Source: Chloroflexota bacterium
GTDB lineage: Bacteria > Chloroflexota > Dehalococcoidia > Lucifugimonadales > UBA3495
Assembly: GCA_027623675.1 (NCBI GenBank)
Contig: JAQBVF010000024.1
Span: forward strand, 1-54,656
DNA length: 54,656 bases
Direction of reading: 5' to 3'
Both the position numbers and the translations under genes were made by a program. Positions 17,889-27,319 of the stretch are shown one piece after another. How positions within the stretch are numbered: position 1 is the stretch's first letter; each line of letters opens with the position of its first letter. Below the pieces are notes generated by a model, which did no database searches, was not told where the DNA came from, and saw only the letters and a program-made list of their open reading frames with translations.

Positions 17889-18083
17889 GAGTACACTCCG
17901 AGGAAGCCTTTAGGCCACCGTCTAGACATAAATCTGAGTAATTCTAGGATAGGCCCGGGGATTAGTCCATAGGCAGCCAACCCGGGACTCTTTCGGGCGG
18001 CGCGTTGCCTGGCGCGAGATTGGTACGCGAGATTGGTATTAGAATACTTCAGGCGAAAGAGTCAACACCAAGGACCCGCGTGA

Positions 18084-18647
18084 GTGCTGGTTTCATTGCT
18101 AAGCAGCTTGGCGATCATCTTCCTGCCCGCCTGGTACCGGATAGCGGGGGATAGCATGCTGCCGTCACTGGCGCACGGCGATCTGGTCTTGGTGGTTAGG
18201 GCGCTGTTCTCGCGGAAGGGAAGCCTGCGCCGGGGCGATGTGGTGGTGTTTGAGCGGCCCGAGAATACCTACGGGTCAGAGGACTCAACCGGGCTCTACA
18301 TCAAGCGGGTGATCGGCCTGCCGGGCGAGGACATCAAAGTGGCCGGTGGCAGGGTGTTCTTGGACGGCGAGATACTGGTTGAGGAATACATCCGGGGGCC
18401 GGGACCCACAGGTGGCGGCGGAATGACGGAGGGGGAGGAGCAGTGGTTGGCCGGTGATGCTGGCGCCGGGACCGGCCGGTTCAGGGAGTGGTTCACCGGC
18501 CCGGATGAGTATTTCCTGTTGGGGGACAACCGGGCCGCCAGCGGCGACAGCCGGGCGTTTGGGCCGGTGCCGGAGCGGTTGATCAAGGGGCGGGCGTGGT
18601 TCCGATGCTGGCCGGTAACCAGGTGGCGTTTCTTCGGCGGCGCCTGA
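18084..18647 (+). CDS. lepB: Signal peptidase I
   Basis: GDSMLPSL (Ser), YIKRVIGLPG (Lys), YFLLGDNR..S.DSR.FG. Confidence 0.85.
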   Translation: MLVSLLSSLAIIFLPAWYRIAGDSMLPSLAHGDLVLVVRALFSRKGSLRRGDVVVFERPENTYGSEDSTGLYIKRVIGLPGEDIKVAGGRVFLDGEILVEEYIRGPGPTGGGGMTEGEEQWLAGDAGAGTGRFREWFTGPDEYFLLGDNRAASGDSRAFGPVPERLIKGRAWFRCWPVTRWRFFGGA

Positions 18648-18757
18648 GGCGTTTGCTCGAAGGTTTCTGCCCGAAGTTACCACGGTAGGCCGGGAACGGT
18701 CTGGCGGCCTACCTTATTCATTCTTTCGCGCTTTCGGGCCGGTTGCGGTGTCGGGGG

Positions 18758-19027
18758 CTAGAGCTCCCAGATATTGCCCACCTGCATCACCATATCGACG
18801 TTGAAGATACTCTCGGCGGGCCAGCCGGTCATCTTGATCCAGTCCTCAAAGTGCTCCTGCTCCACCGCTTCGCACTCGGTGACCAGCTTGCCGCGTTTCA
18901 GGTCGCCGTAGACCTTGAGGATGGTGGTGCGGCGGTCGGGACGCCATTTGCTAACGGCGCTCAGTTTTTCCCGGAACTCTTCCTGGGTCAATCCGGAAAC
19001 GTTGTGTATCGCTAGAAATCGGGCCAT
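18758..19027 (-). CDS. Small hypothetical protein (DUF4242-like)
   Basis: MARFLAIH...GK.V.ECEA...G.P..I..V pattern; SD AAAGGA. Confidence 0.6.
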   Translation of the reverse strand: MARFLAIHNVSGLTQEEFREKLSAVSKWRPDRRTTILKVYGDLKRGKLVTECEAVEQEHFEDWIKMTGWPAESIFNVDMVMQVGNIWEL

Positions 19028-19081
19028 GTCGGTCCTTTACCTCGTCTGGATGTCAGATAAGAAAGCTGAAAGCCGGGCGCG

Positions 19082-19648
19082 CTAGTCCTTTGGCGGCACG
19101 AAGGGATACGGGATGTCCTTTCCGCCCTTTAATGGAAGCACCACGGTGGCGCTGCCGGGCATGCTCTCTACGCCGTCCTGGGTCTTCATTCCCAGGTCCA
19201 TCTCGATGAAGCCCATGCCTTCTTTCTCGTACTTGTTGGTCACGGTGGCCCACACGATGAGGGTGTCGCCGGGAACCAGCATGGCGCGGTGTTCGAAGGC
19301 CGCCTTCCAGGGCCAGCCTTTGGGCAGCGTGAAGTCCTTGAGGTACTGTGGCACCACGCTCTGCTTCCAGGAACCGTGCACCAGGATGCTGGGGTTCTTG
19401 TCGTGGTTCACGCCGAAATCCAAATCGTAATGGATCCGGTGGAAGTTCTCGATGGCCGCGCTCCAGCGGAACAGGTGGGTTGGAGTGGGCGAGTAGATGT
19501 ATTTGGGAAGTTCCATGCCCACTGCCACATCTTCATAGTAGGTCTGAGTCTTGTTCCGCAACTGGTCGGCGGTGGGCCGCTCGTTGTGGGTGACAATCTC
19601 TTCCGGTTTCATCTTTAACAGGTCTTCTAGAGGGACGGTCATGGTCAA
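19082..19648 (-). CDS. MaoC-like hotdog-fold dehydratase subunit
   Basis: YYEDV.VG.ELP, ENFHRIHYD, ILVHG, PGDTL. Confidence 0.8.
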   Translation of the reverse strand: MTMTVPLEDLLKMKPEEIVTHNERPTADQLRNKTQTYYEDVAVGMELPKYIYSPTPTHLFRWSAAIENFHRIHYDLDFGVNHDKNPSILVHGSWKQSVVPQYLKDFTLPKGWPWKAAFEHRAMLVPGDTLIVWATVTNKYEKEGMGFIEMDLGMKTQDGVESMPGSATVVLPLKGGKDIPYPFVPPKD

Positions 19649-19742
19649 ATCCTTATTAGAGTGGTTGCCGCCGGGCTCTCGGTGTGCCAGGTCCCGGGCA
19701 AACGTGCTCGGGTCTCACGTCTTTGGGGTATAGCGCCGTCGT

Positions 19743-20303
19743 TTAGCGCCGTATCGAAGACTGGCGGGTGATACAAAGCACAGCTTTGTTCTGGTTGGTG
19801 TAGGTAACTTCGCGGGTGATGATCAAGAAAGCCTTGCCGTCTCGGCCCACCCGTTCGCGGATGTCGTGGTAGCGGTTCTGGAAGAAGATGACGTCGCCGA
19901 TGCTGGGGTACTGGAAGATCTCAATCTCGTTACCCGCGTTCAGCGTCCGTACCAGGTGGGTGGGAATCTCGGGAAGGGCGCCGGGCCGCTCCACGTTGCC
20001 GATGCCGTCGGACATGGGGTTTTCTTGAAAAGCCTTGGTGATGGCATCATCCTGGTCGGGCCGGATGCGTCCGGTCATATAGCTGACCATGATGGGCGGC
20101 ACGATCACTTCGCCGTAGTGAGTGGTCTTGGCGAAATCCACATCCCAATATCTGGGGTCGGGGTCCATCACAGCCTGTGTAAAACGACGCAGATATTCCA
20201 CGTCCACGGTCCCCCAGGACTCAACCAGTTCGCCCTCGACGCCGATCATGGCTTTGACCTCTGGCGTGAGGACCGACTGAGTTTCTTGAGCCTCTTGAGT
20301 CAT
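19743..20303 (-). CDS. MaoC N-terminal-type dehydratase partner subunit
   Basis: LRRF.QAVMD.DP.YWD, VPP, LNAGNE, YTNQ; SD GGAGG before ATG 20303. Confidence 0.8.
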   Translation of the reverse strand: MTQEAQETQSVLTPEVKAMIGVEGELVESWGTVDVEYLRRFTQAVMDPDPRYWDVDFAKTTHYGEVIVPPIMVSYMTGRIRPDQDDAITKAFQENPMSDGIGNVERPGALPEIPTHLVRTLNAGNEIEIFQYPSIGDVIFFQNRYHDIRERVGRDGKAFLIITREVTYTNQNKAVLCITRQSSIRR

Positions 20304-20545
20304 AGCTGATTTCCTCCGTTGATTTGACGACCTCAGCCTACCGCAGGCTCCCAGATTCGTCAACAAACCTGGCGGAGGCGCGGTCCAAAGTATCCGGAGA
20401 TCCCTTTTGGGAGCCATGTTCCGGCCTGCCAAGGAGCCTTTTGAAGGAGCCTTTGAGGAGGCTGTTTTGCTTGTGAAATCGGTAGCTCTGGGATAACATT
20501 GCGTCCGTGATATCGAACACGGCGGGCGGCTGATGGTCCGCCGGT

Positions 20546-21217
20546 TTGGTCCAGAGATTCGGGGAAGAATTGAGCGTCCACCGGTTATCAAATGCGCGCC
20601 CCATCCCGGAGAGAATCATCCGGCATCTGACCCTTGGAGTAATAGCCGGTCTGGTAGCTTTTTCCGTGGCCTGCGGGGGCAGCGCAACGTCGACACCGCA
20701 GCCCACTCCGGACTCCACCGAAGAAGCCGCACCGACAGCGGCGCCCTCGCCCACCAACTCGCAGACACCGGATGACGCCGCCACGCCTGCCTCCACTCCC
20801 GCAAACGGCTTGGTTCTGGGCGGAATGGTCCGGGTGGGTAGCCTGGATTTCCCGGTTGAGACGGCGGTGAAGGCCGACGACCGGATACGGGGGCTTTCGG
20901 GCCGGGCGTCCTTGGACGCGGGCACGGGCATGTTGTTCATATTCGAGAAGGCGGAACGGCTCCGTTTCTGGATGAGGGAGATGGAGATTCCCCTGGACAT
21001 GGTCTGGATCAGCGAGGACTGCCGGGTGGTGGACGTGTCAGAGAATGTTCCCTTCCCGGACCCCGAGACGTCACTGGAAGACCTGCCCCGTTATGCGCCG
21101 GAATCTCCGGCCAAATACGTTCTCGAGATCAACGGCGGCGAGGCGGCGGACCTGGGATTGGGCGTGGGCGATGAAGTGGAATTTCTAAACGCCATCGCCG
21201 GCCGATTCGACTGCTGA
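20546..21217 (+). CDS. DUF192-domain lipoprotein (start uncertain)
   Basis: Lipobox SVAC, Pro/Thr linker, RGLSGR, GMLFIF, FWM...IPLD..WI, YVLEINGG. Confidence 0.8.
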   Translation: MVQRFGEELSVHRLSNARPIPERIIRHLTLGVIAGLVAFSVACGGSATSTPQPTPDSTEEAAPTAAPSPTNSQTPDDAATPASTPANGLVLGGMVRVGSLDFPVETAVKADDRIRGLSGRASLDAGTGMLFIFEKAERLRFWMREMEIPLDMVWISEDCRVVDVSENVPFPDPETSLEDLPRYAPESPAKYVLEINGGEAADLGLGVGDEVEFLNAIAGRFDC

Positions 21218-21272
21218 CCGGATAAAACCCGATCAGATCACTAGCTAAACCACGCAGAGAGGGACCCCCACA

Positions 21273-22199
21273 ATGGACATCCTGGTATCCGGTTCAATGG
21301 CTTATGACCGCATCATGGACTTTGACGGCAAGTTCTCCGACCACATCTTGCCGGACCAACTCCATATGATCAACGTGAGTTTCACCGTCAACAGCCTCAC
21401 CGAGAATTTCGGCGGCACGGCGGGAAACATCGCCTATTCATTGTCGCTGCTGGGCGAGAAACCGCGGATCTTGGCCACCATTGGCCAGGACTACCACCGA
21501 TATTTCGAGTGGTTGGAGCAGATCAAAGTTCCCACGGCGGACATACGGATCGTGGAGGAGGAACTCACCGCCGGGGCGTACATCACCTCCGACACTCAGA
21601 GCAACCAGATCACCGGGTTCAATCCGGGCGCTATGAAACACCAGTCCGGTTTCGACTTCAGCACGGTTGACCCCAACGACTGCCTGGCCATCGTGGCCCC
21701 AGGTAACTTGAGTGATATGGCCGAGTACACCGCCGAGCACCAGAAGCGGGGCATCTTCTCCATCTTCGATCCCGGCCAGTCTCTGCCCGCCTGGCAGCCC
21801 GATGCCCTTGCCAGGTGCATCAGCCAATCCCGGATGTTGGTCTGCAACGACTATGAGATGGAGTTGATCTCCAACGCCACCGGCATGTCCCGGGTGCAGG
21901 TGGCGGAGACGGTCGACACCATCGTGGTGACCAAGGGCGGCGACGGCTGCGACATCGTGACCACCAGCGGCACGGTGTCGGTTCCGGTGGTGCCGGCCGA
22001 TGACGCGGTGGACCCGACCGGCGCCGGAGATGCCTTCAGAGGCGGCCTGATCAAGGGGCTGGTCGAGGGAGTCGGCATCGAACGGGCCGTGCAGATGGGC
22101 AACGTGGCCGGCCACTACGCCGTTCGAAAGCTGGGAACGCAGCAGTACAGTTTCACCATGGACGAGTTCAACGCCAAGTTGAAGCAGGCCTTCGGTTAG
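21273..22199 (+). CDS. PfkB-family carbohydrate/nucleoside kinase (adenosine kinase-like)
   Basis: SGSMAYD, GGTAGNIAY, FDPGQ, DPTGAGDAFRGG. Confidence 0.88.
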   Translation: MDILVSGSMAYDRIMDFDGKFSDHILPDQLHMINVSFTVNSLTENFGGTAGNIAYSLSLLGEKPRILATIGQDYHRYFEWLEQIKVPTADIRIVEEELTAGAYITSDTQSNQITGFNPGAMKHQSGFDFSTVDPNDCLAIVAPGNLSDMAEYTAEHQKRGIFSIFDPGQSLPAWQPDALARCISQSRMLVCNDYEMELISNATGMSRVQVAETVDTIVVTKGGDGCDIVTTSGTVSVPVVPADDAVDPTGAGDAFRGGLIKGLVEGVGIERAVQMGNVAGHYAVRKLGTQQYSFTMDEFNAKLKQAFG

Positions 22200-22326
22200 G
22201 GTCCCGGTGGCTCCGCGTAAAGCTGGAGCCGATTGCCTTGGTCAACGGCGTCGGCTACAATTCCACCGGTTCGTGCAGCCCTCCGTGTGAAGCCCTCTGA
22301 AAGTACAAGAGGAGACCGACCGTAAC

Positions 22327-23550
22327 GTGACTTCCACCCAATCGCACCAGGCCCCCCTCACTCACGGTCCACTGGATGGAGTGAAGGTGCTGGACCTGAG
22401 CGAAGACATCGCCGGGTCGTTCTGCGGCCGCTTGCTGGCCGACTACGGGGCCGACGTTCTCAAGATTGAGCCGCCCACCGGGGCCGCCCTGCGCCGGATG
22501 GGGCCGTTCTTCGGCGACGACCCGCACCCGGAGAAAAGCCTCTTCTATCTGGTGATGAACCTGAACAAGAAGGGCGCCACGTTGAACCTGGAGACCGTCA
22601 CCGGTCAGAAGATACTGAAGCGTCTGGTCCCCCACGTGGACGTGGTCATCGAATCCTACCGCCCCGGCTACCTGGCCGGCCTTGGCGTGGGTTACGACGA
22701 CCTGGTTGCCGAAAACCCATCGCTGATCATGACCTCCATCACGCCCTTCGGCCAGACCGGCCCCTACAGCCAGTACCAGGGAGAGGAAGTGGTCAGTTAC
22801 GCCATGGGACTGATAATGAGCATCAGCGGGATACAGGGCGAGGAGCCGCTGAAACACGGCGGCTTCCAAGCGCAGTACGAGGGCGGACTGAACGGCGCGG
22901 CATCGACCTCCATGGCCCTGTTCATGCAGGGCAACACCGGGGAGGGCCAGCACATCGACGTTTCCGTAACCGAGTGCGTGGCCTCGACGGCCATGGCCAC
23001 CCAGACCATGTATCCCTTCATGGGCGGCACGCTGCCGCGGCGGCGGCCTTCGGGCAGCAACTTCGGCCACCCCATGCCCTGCAAAGACGGCTGGATCATC
23101 GTCCAGACCGGCGGCGGCGCGACCTGGGACACCATCGCCGATTTCTTTGGCGACCCCCGGTTGAAGGAGCCCAAGTTCGCCGAGCCAGCCCAACGCATCA
23201 GGAACACCGTGGAGTTGGACCAGGTGGTGTTGGAGTCCATCAAAGAACGCGGCAAGTGGGACTTGTTCACCAAAGCAGCCGAGGCCCGGATGCTGTTCGG
23301 ACTGGTCCAGACGCCCTCGGAACTGTTGGAGTGTCCCCAATTGGAGTCCCGCAACTTCTACCGCGATGTGGACCATCCGGTTATCGGCAAGGTAAAGGTG
23401 CCGGCGGTATTGTTCAACCTGAGCCTCACTCCGTACCAGTACACCGGCCCGGCCCCAACCCTGGGTCAGCACAACGCGGAGATCTACGTGGACGGCCTGG
23501 AATACACGCGCGAGGATTACGTTCGCTTAAGGCAACTAAACGTGATCTAA
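22327..23550 (+). CDS. Class III (CaiB/BaiF) CoA transferase subunit, catalytic Asp apparently absent
   Basis: PLDGVKVLDL, LADYGADV.KIE, NLNKK, GEGQHIDVS, APTLGQHN; FQAQY where the catalytic Asp is expected. Confidence 0.88.
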   Translation: MTSTQSHQAPLTHGPLDGVKVLDLSEDIAGSFCGRLLADYGADVLKIEPPTGAALRRMGPFFGDDPHPEKSLFYLVMNLNKKGATLNLETVTGQKILKRLVPHVDVVIESYRPGYLAGLGVGYDDLVAENPSLIMTSITPFGQTGPYSQYQGEEVVSYAMGLIMSISGIQGEEPLKHGGFQAQYEGGLNGAASTSMALFMQGNTGEGQHIDVSVTECVASTAMATQTMYPFMGGTLPRRRPSGSNFGHPMPCKDGWIIVQTGGGATWDTIADFFGDPRLKEPKFAEPAQRIRNTVELDQVVLESIKERGKWDLFTKAAEARMLFGLVQTPSELLECPQLESRNFYRDVDHPVIGKVKVPAVLFNLSLTPYQYTGPAPTLGQHNAEIYVDGLEYTREDYVRLRQLNVI

Positions 23551-23554
23551 CCTT

Positions 23555-23602
23555 GCCAAGATCAGGGCCAAGATCAGGGCCAAGATCAGGGCCAAGATCG
23601 GG
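23555..23602. repeat. Tandem repeat, 4 x 12 bp
   Basis: GCCAAGATCAGG x3 then GCCAAGATCGGG. Confidence 0.9.
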
Positions 23603-23619
23603 AATAACTTAGCCATGCG

Positions 23620-23646
23620 GTGGTTCGATAGGCTCACCATGAGCGG
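23620..23646 (+). repeat. REP-like repeat, copy 1
   Basis: GTGGTTCGATAGGCTCACCATGAGCGG; aligns with 44929 and 48688. Confidence 0.7.
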
Positions 23647-23812
23647 AATATGGGACTTTTGAATCGGGGTACAAAAAGAATCAAGACACACTCATGGTTG
23701 GCGAAAGAAACGACCGCCAGATTGTGAATCGACAACATTCTCAACCGCTCATCATGATACTGTCGAAGGACGGGCATCAGGCAAGCGGCAATAAAAAGCA
23801 GAAGGATCAAAC

Positions 23813-25168
23813 ATGGCCCGGTTACCCCTGGAAGGCATCCGAATAATCGACTCAACCTACGTGTTCGCCCTGCCCTATGCCGGCGGCTTGCTGGCCGACA
23901 TGGGCGCCGAGGTCATCAAGGTTGAAGGACCAGGCCGTCCCGATGTCACGCGCACCGGCGGCTACGCCGGGGCATTCCCCGAGAACGACCTGGGCGAGGA
24001 CTGGTGGAACCGGCCTTCCACCTACAATCTGATCCACAGGGGCAAGAAATCGATAACCCTGGACATGACCGACTCGCGAGGGCGGGACATGTTCCGTGAC
24101 TTGATCAAGGTCAGCGACGTGGTGATGGAGAACTTCACCCCCCGGGTGATGCGCAGTTGGGACCTGGACTATCCCAACATGAAGAAGCTTAAGCCCGACA
24201 TCATCATGGTCTCCAACACCGGTTACGGCCACGGTGGCGGCCCCTACTCCAGTTACCCGGCCCAGGCGACCACCCAAGAGGCGACCCACGGGCATTGCTG
24301 GATCACCGGCTACAAAGACCTGGGTCCGGCCAAGGCGGGGGCGTCATTCGTGGACTTTCTCTCGACCTGGACCGCTTTGTTCGCCATCGGCACGGCGCTG
24401 CGCTACCGCAACAAGACCGGGCAGGGCCAGTGGGCCGACATCGGCATGTACCAGGCTGGCGTGATGTTTATGTCGGAATACATCCTGGATGCCCAGGTCA
24501 ACGGACGCGAGGGCGGCCGCATCGGCAACCGGCACCCCTACCGGGCGCCTCAGGGTTGCTACCGGGCTTTGGGCGACGACCAGTGGATCACGCTTTCGGT
24601 TGGCGACGACGAGAGCTGGGCCGGAATGTGCCGCCTGATGGGCCGGCCGGAACTGGCCGCCGACCCTGATTACGCTGACCTTCTTTCTAGGCAGCGGAAC
24701 CACGACCAGCTGGACTCGTTGATTCAGGGCTGGACCTCGGGCGTGGACAAGTACGAGTTGATGCACGCGCTTCAGGGTGTGGGCATCCCAGCGGGTCCGG
24801 TGCTGAACAGCAAAGACATCCACTACGACCCACAGTTCAAGAGCCGCGGCTTCCTCGAGCGGGTGGACTATCCCAAGGAGCGTCAGATGGGCTCCCGAAT
24901 GTTCATCGGCCGACCCTACAAGTTCTCCAACAGTCCCTTGGCCATCCAGGGTCCGTCCCCGACGTTCGGCCAGCACAACGACGATGTCCTGCAGGGCCTG
25001 CTGGGCGTGGACGGCGAGACCTACCAGAGTCTGGTCAACGACGCGGTCATCGCCCAGGTGCCGACCACCGGCGAGGCGACGCCAAGGGTGCCCCAGACCG
25101 AGGCGCTGGAACGCGGTTTGCTGGCCGACTGGGACCCCGACTACCTGAATAGTCTGGGCTTGGCGTAA
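23813..25168 (+). CDS. Class III (CaiB/BaiF) CoA transferase
   Basis: PLEGIRIID, LADMGAEVIKVE, ENFTPRVM, catalytic SFVD, GQGQ, PTFGQHN. Confidence 0.9.
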   Translation: MARLPLEGIRIIDSTYVFALPYAGGLLADMGAEVIKVEGPGRPDVTRTGGYAGAFPENDLGEDWWNRPSTYNLIHRGKKSITLDMTDSRGRDMFRDLIKVSDVVMENFTPRVMRSWDLDYPNMKKLKPDIIMVSNTGYGHGGGPYSSYPAQATTQEATHGHCWITGYKDLGPAKAGASFVDFLSTWTALFAIGTALRYRNKTGQGQWADIGMYQAGVMFMSEYILDAQVNGREGGRIGNRHPYRAPQGCYRALGDDQWITLSVGDDESWAGMCRLMGRPELAADPDYADLLSRQRNHDQLDSLIQGWTSGVDKYELMHALQGVGIPAGPVLNSKDIHYDPQFKSRGFLERVDYPKERQMGSRMFIGRPYKFSNSPLAIQGPSPTFGQHNDDVLQGLLGVDGETYQSLVNDAVIAQVPTTGEATPRVPQTEALERGLLADWDPDYLNSLGLA

Positions 25169-25295
25169 TCCCCGACGGCGGCGCTGTGGCGGGTTTCGGC
25201 GGCGCTTGCGATTCCTTGACACCCTCAAAACCCCAGGGCTAAGCTACCTATGCTTAGGCTTAGACCCAGGCGACCCTAGACCTCCCTATTCTTGG

Positions 25296-25370
25296 GGGCC
25301 CGTAGCTCATTGGTAGAGCAGACGGCTCATAACCGTCTGGTAGTTGGTTCGATCCCAACCGGGCCCACCA
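25296..25370 (+). tRNA. tRNA-Ile2 (CAT, lysidine type); elongator Met less likely
   Basis: Acceptor stem GGGCCCG/CGGGCCC-A-CCA; anticodon arm GACGG-CTCATAA-CCGTC; GGTTCGAT T-loop; upstream TTGACA-18-TAAGCT. Confidence 0.9.
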
Positions 25371-25417
25371 TTTTGTTTCTTTCATCAGCCCAGCGCTTCA
25401 AGGAAATTGGTATACCC

Positions 25418-26092
25418 ATGAAAACCGTTGCCGCTTTGATATTTGAGGGGATGGCGCCTCTGGACCTGTTTGGGCCGATACAGGTGTTCAACGTTGCCTG
25501 CACGCCCAGAGAAGACGACCCCAGCAAGCCCGACACGGCCAAGCCGCTCTACCGGGTGATCACCGTGGGCAAGGAGCAGGGTCCGGTGGCGACCGGGTCC
25601 AACGGATCAGGGCCGGTGGTGGTGGCGGAACACGGCATCAACGACGATTTCGACTTTGATATCCTGCTGGTCCCCGGCGGCGGCGGCACCCGCACTCTGG
25701 TCGCCGACCCGGACTTCATCAAGTCGCTGTCCGCTGTCTGCCAACGGGCCGGAGTCGTGGCGTCGGTCTGCACCGGGGCCGCGCTGTTGGCCCGTACCAA
25801 GATCCTGGACAACAAGGCCGCCACCAGCAACAAGACCGCTTGGAACTGGGTGCTGACCCAGGGCGAGAATGTCGCCTGGGACCCGTCGCCCCGGTGGGTG
25901 GACCTAGTGGACAAGAGCACCGGCAAGGGAATCATCACCTCCGCCGGAGTCTCCGCGGGCATCGACATGACCCTGGCCCTGGTGGCCGACCTGGACGGAG
26001 AGGATGTCGCCGAGAACGCCGCCGTGTTTATCGAGCACCACCGCGTCAAGAACCCGGCCAACGACACCTTTGCCTACCTGGCGGCCCAATAA
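25418..26092 (+). CDS. DJ-1/PfpI family protein
   Basis: LDLFGP, DILLVPGG.GTR, SVCTGA, ITSAGVSAGIDM; the ORF-track start overlaps the tRNA, so ATG 25418 is used. Confidence 0.88.
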   Translation: MKTVAALIFEGMAPLDLFGPIQVFNVACTPREDDPSKPDTAKPLYRVITVGKEQGPVATGSNGSGPVVVAEHGINDDFDFDILLVPGGGGTRTLVADPDFIKSLSAVCQRAGVVASVCTGAALLARTKILDNKAATSNKTAWNWVLTQGENVAWDPSPRWVDLVDKSTGKGIITSAGVSAGIDMTLALVADLDGEDVAENAAVFIEHHRVKNPANDTFAYLAAQ

Positions 26093-26422
26093 CTTCTGAT
26101 TGGCGCACTTGGCTGGCACGACCGGAGGGCCCATGAGCGTGGAGTTTGAGATATCGGACGTGTCGAGGCCCCTGTCCGAGAGCCGCTTCGACGAGTTGTT
26201 CTCTCCTGGCCCGGACGGCTTCGGGCCCAGGTGGCGTTCCGTGGTGCGTGACTTGCTCATCACCTCGTAGCCTCGCTCCTGAAGCAGTGCCTTGCCCAAC
26301 CCAGGCTCCATTGACACCCGGCGGCGCCACTGCTAGATTTTGGCATCCTCCGTTGGCTTGGAATCCGCCCCATGCTTGGCCTGGCCGAGCGATGGAAACG
26401 GAGTAGCTAGGAGCGATGCGTT

Positions 26423-27319
26423 ATGACCGATAAGAACATCTCTTGCGCGTTCGGAGTGGACCTGGACGCCGTCGGCGGTTGGCTGGGATCCTATGGCGGC
26501 GAGGACTCGCCCGACGATATCTCAAGGGGCATGTTCGCCGGCGAGGTGGGCACTCCCCGCCTGCTCAAGCTGTTTGACCGGCTTGGGATCAAGACCACCT
26601 GGTTCGTTCCCGGCCATTCGATGCAGACCTTCCCCGTAGAATGCGATCTGATCGTCAGCGGCGGCCACGAGATTGGGCTGCACGGCTACTCCCACGAGAA
26701 CCCCATAGCCATGTCGCCGGAGCAAGAGGAAGACGTACTGCTTCGGTGCATCGACCTGATCACCGAGGTTTCCGGCCGGCGGCCCACCGGCTACGTGGCC
26801 CCCTGGTGGGAGTTCAGCCACGTGACCAACGAGCTGCTGCAGAAGAACGGCATCAAGTATGACCATAGCCTGATGCACCGCGATTTTGAGTGCTACTACG
26901 TGCGCAAAGGCGACCGGTGGACCAAGATCGACTACTCCCAGCCGGCCGAGCATTGGATGCACGCCCTGGTGCGGGGGGAAGAGACCGACCTGGTGGAGAT
27001 TCCGGCCAACTGGTACCTGGACGACCTGCCGCCGATGATGTTCATCAAGGGCGCGCCCAACAGCCACGGGTTCGTCAATCCAAGAGACATCGAGCAGATG
27101 TGGCGCGACCAATTCGACTTCGTGTACCGTGAGTACGACGAGGCGGTCTTCCCGATTACCATCCACCCCGATGTGAGCGGCCGGCCCCAGGTGCTGCTGA
27201 TGCTGGAACGGCTGACCGAATATATCACGTCCCACGACGGGGTCCGGTTCCTGACTTTCGACCAGATCGCCGATGAATTCTTGGCCAACCATCCACGAGA
27301 GATACTGGAGAAGAGATAA
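26423..27319 (+). CDS. CE4 polysaccharide deacetylase (PgdA/PuuE-like)
   Basis: [43 protein letters not shown]. Confidence 0.88.
   Translation: MTDKNISCAFGVDLDAVGGWLGSYGGEDSPDDISRGMFAGEVGTPRLLKLFDRLGIKTTWFVPGHSMQTFPVECDLIVSGGHEIGLHGYSHENPIAMSPEQEEDVLLRCIDLITEVSGRRPTGYVAPWWEFSHVTNELLQKNGIKYDHSLMHRDFECYYVRKGDRWTKIDYSQPAEHWMHALVRGEETDLVEIPANWYLDDLPPMMFIKGAPNSHGFVNPRDIEQMWRDQFDFVYREYDEAVFPITIHPDVSGRPQVLLMLERLTEYITSHDGVRFLTFDQIADEFLANHPREILEKR

Noticed and set aside
18013..18038. 13-bp tandem duplication (similar ones near 20431 and 52939)
   Set aside because: Two-copy slippage products with no supporting context
23555..23602. CRISPR-like array
   Set aside because: 12-bp units with no spacers and no cas genes
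25292..25417. N-terminal extension of the DJ-1 ORF, and ORFs across tRNA-Ser
   Set aside because: They overlap tRNA genes; artefacts
26093..26422. ORFs in the DJ-1/deacetylase gap
   Set aside because: No recognisable motif in any frame examined
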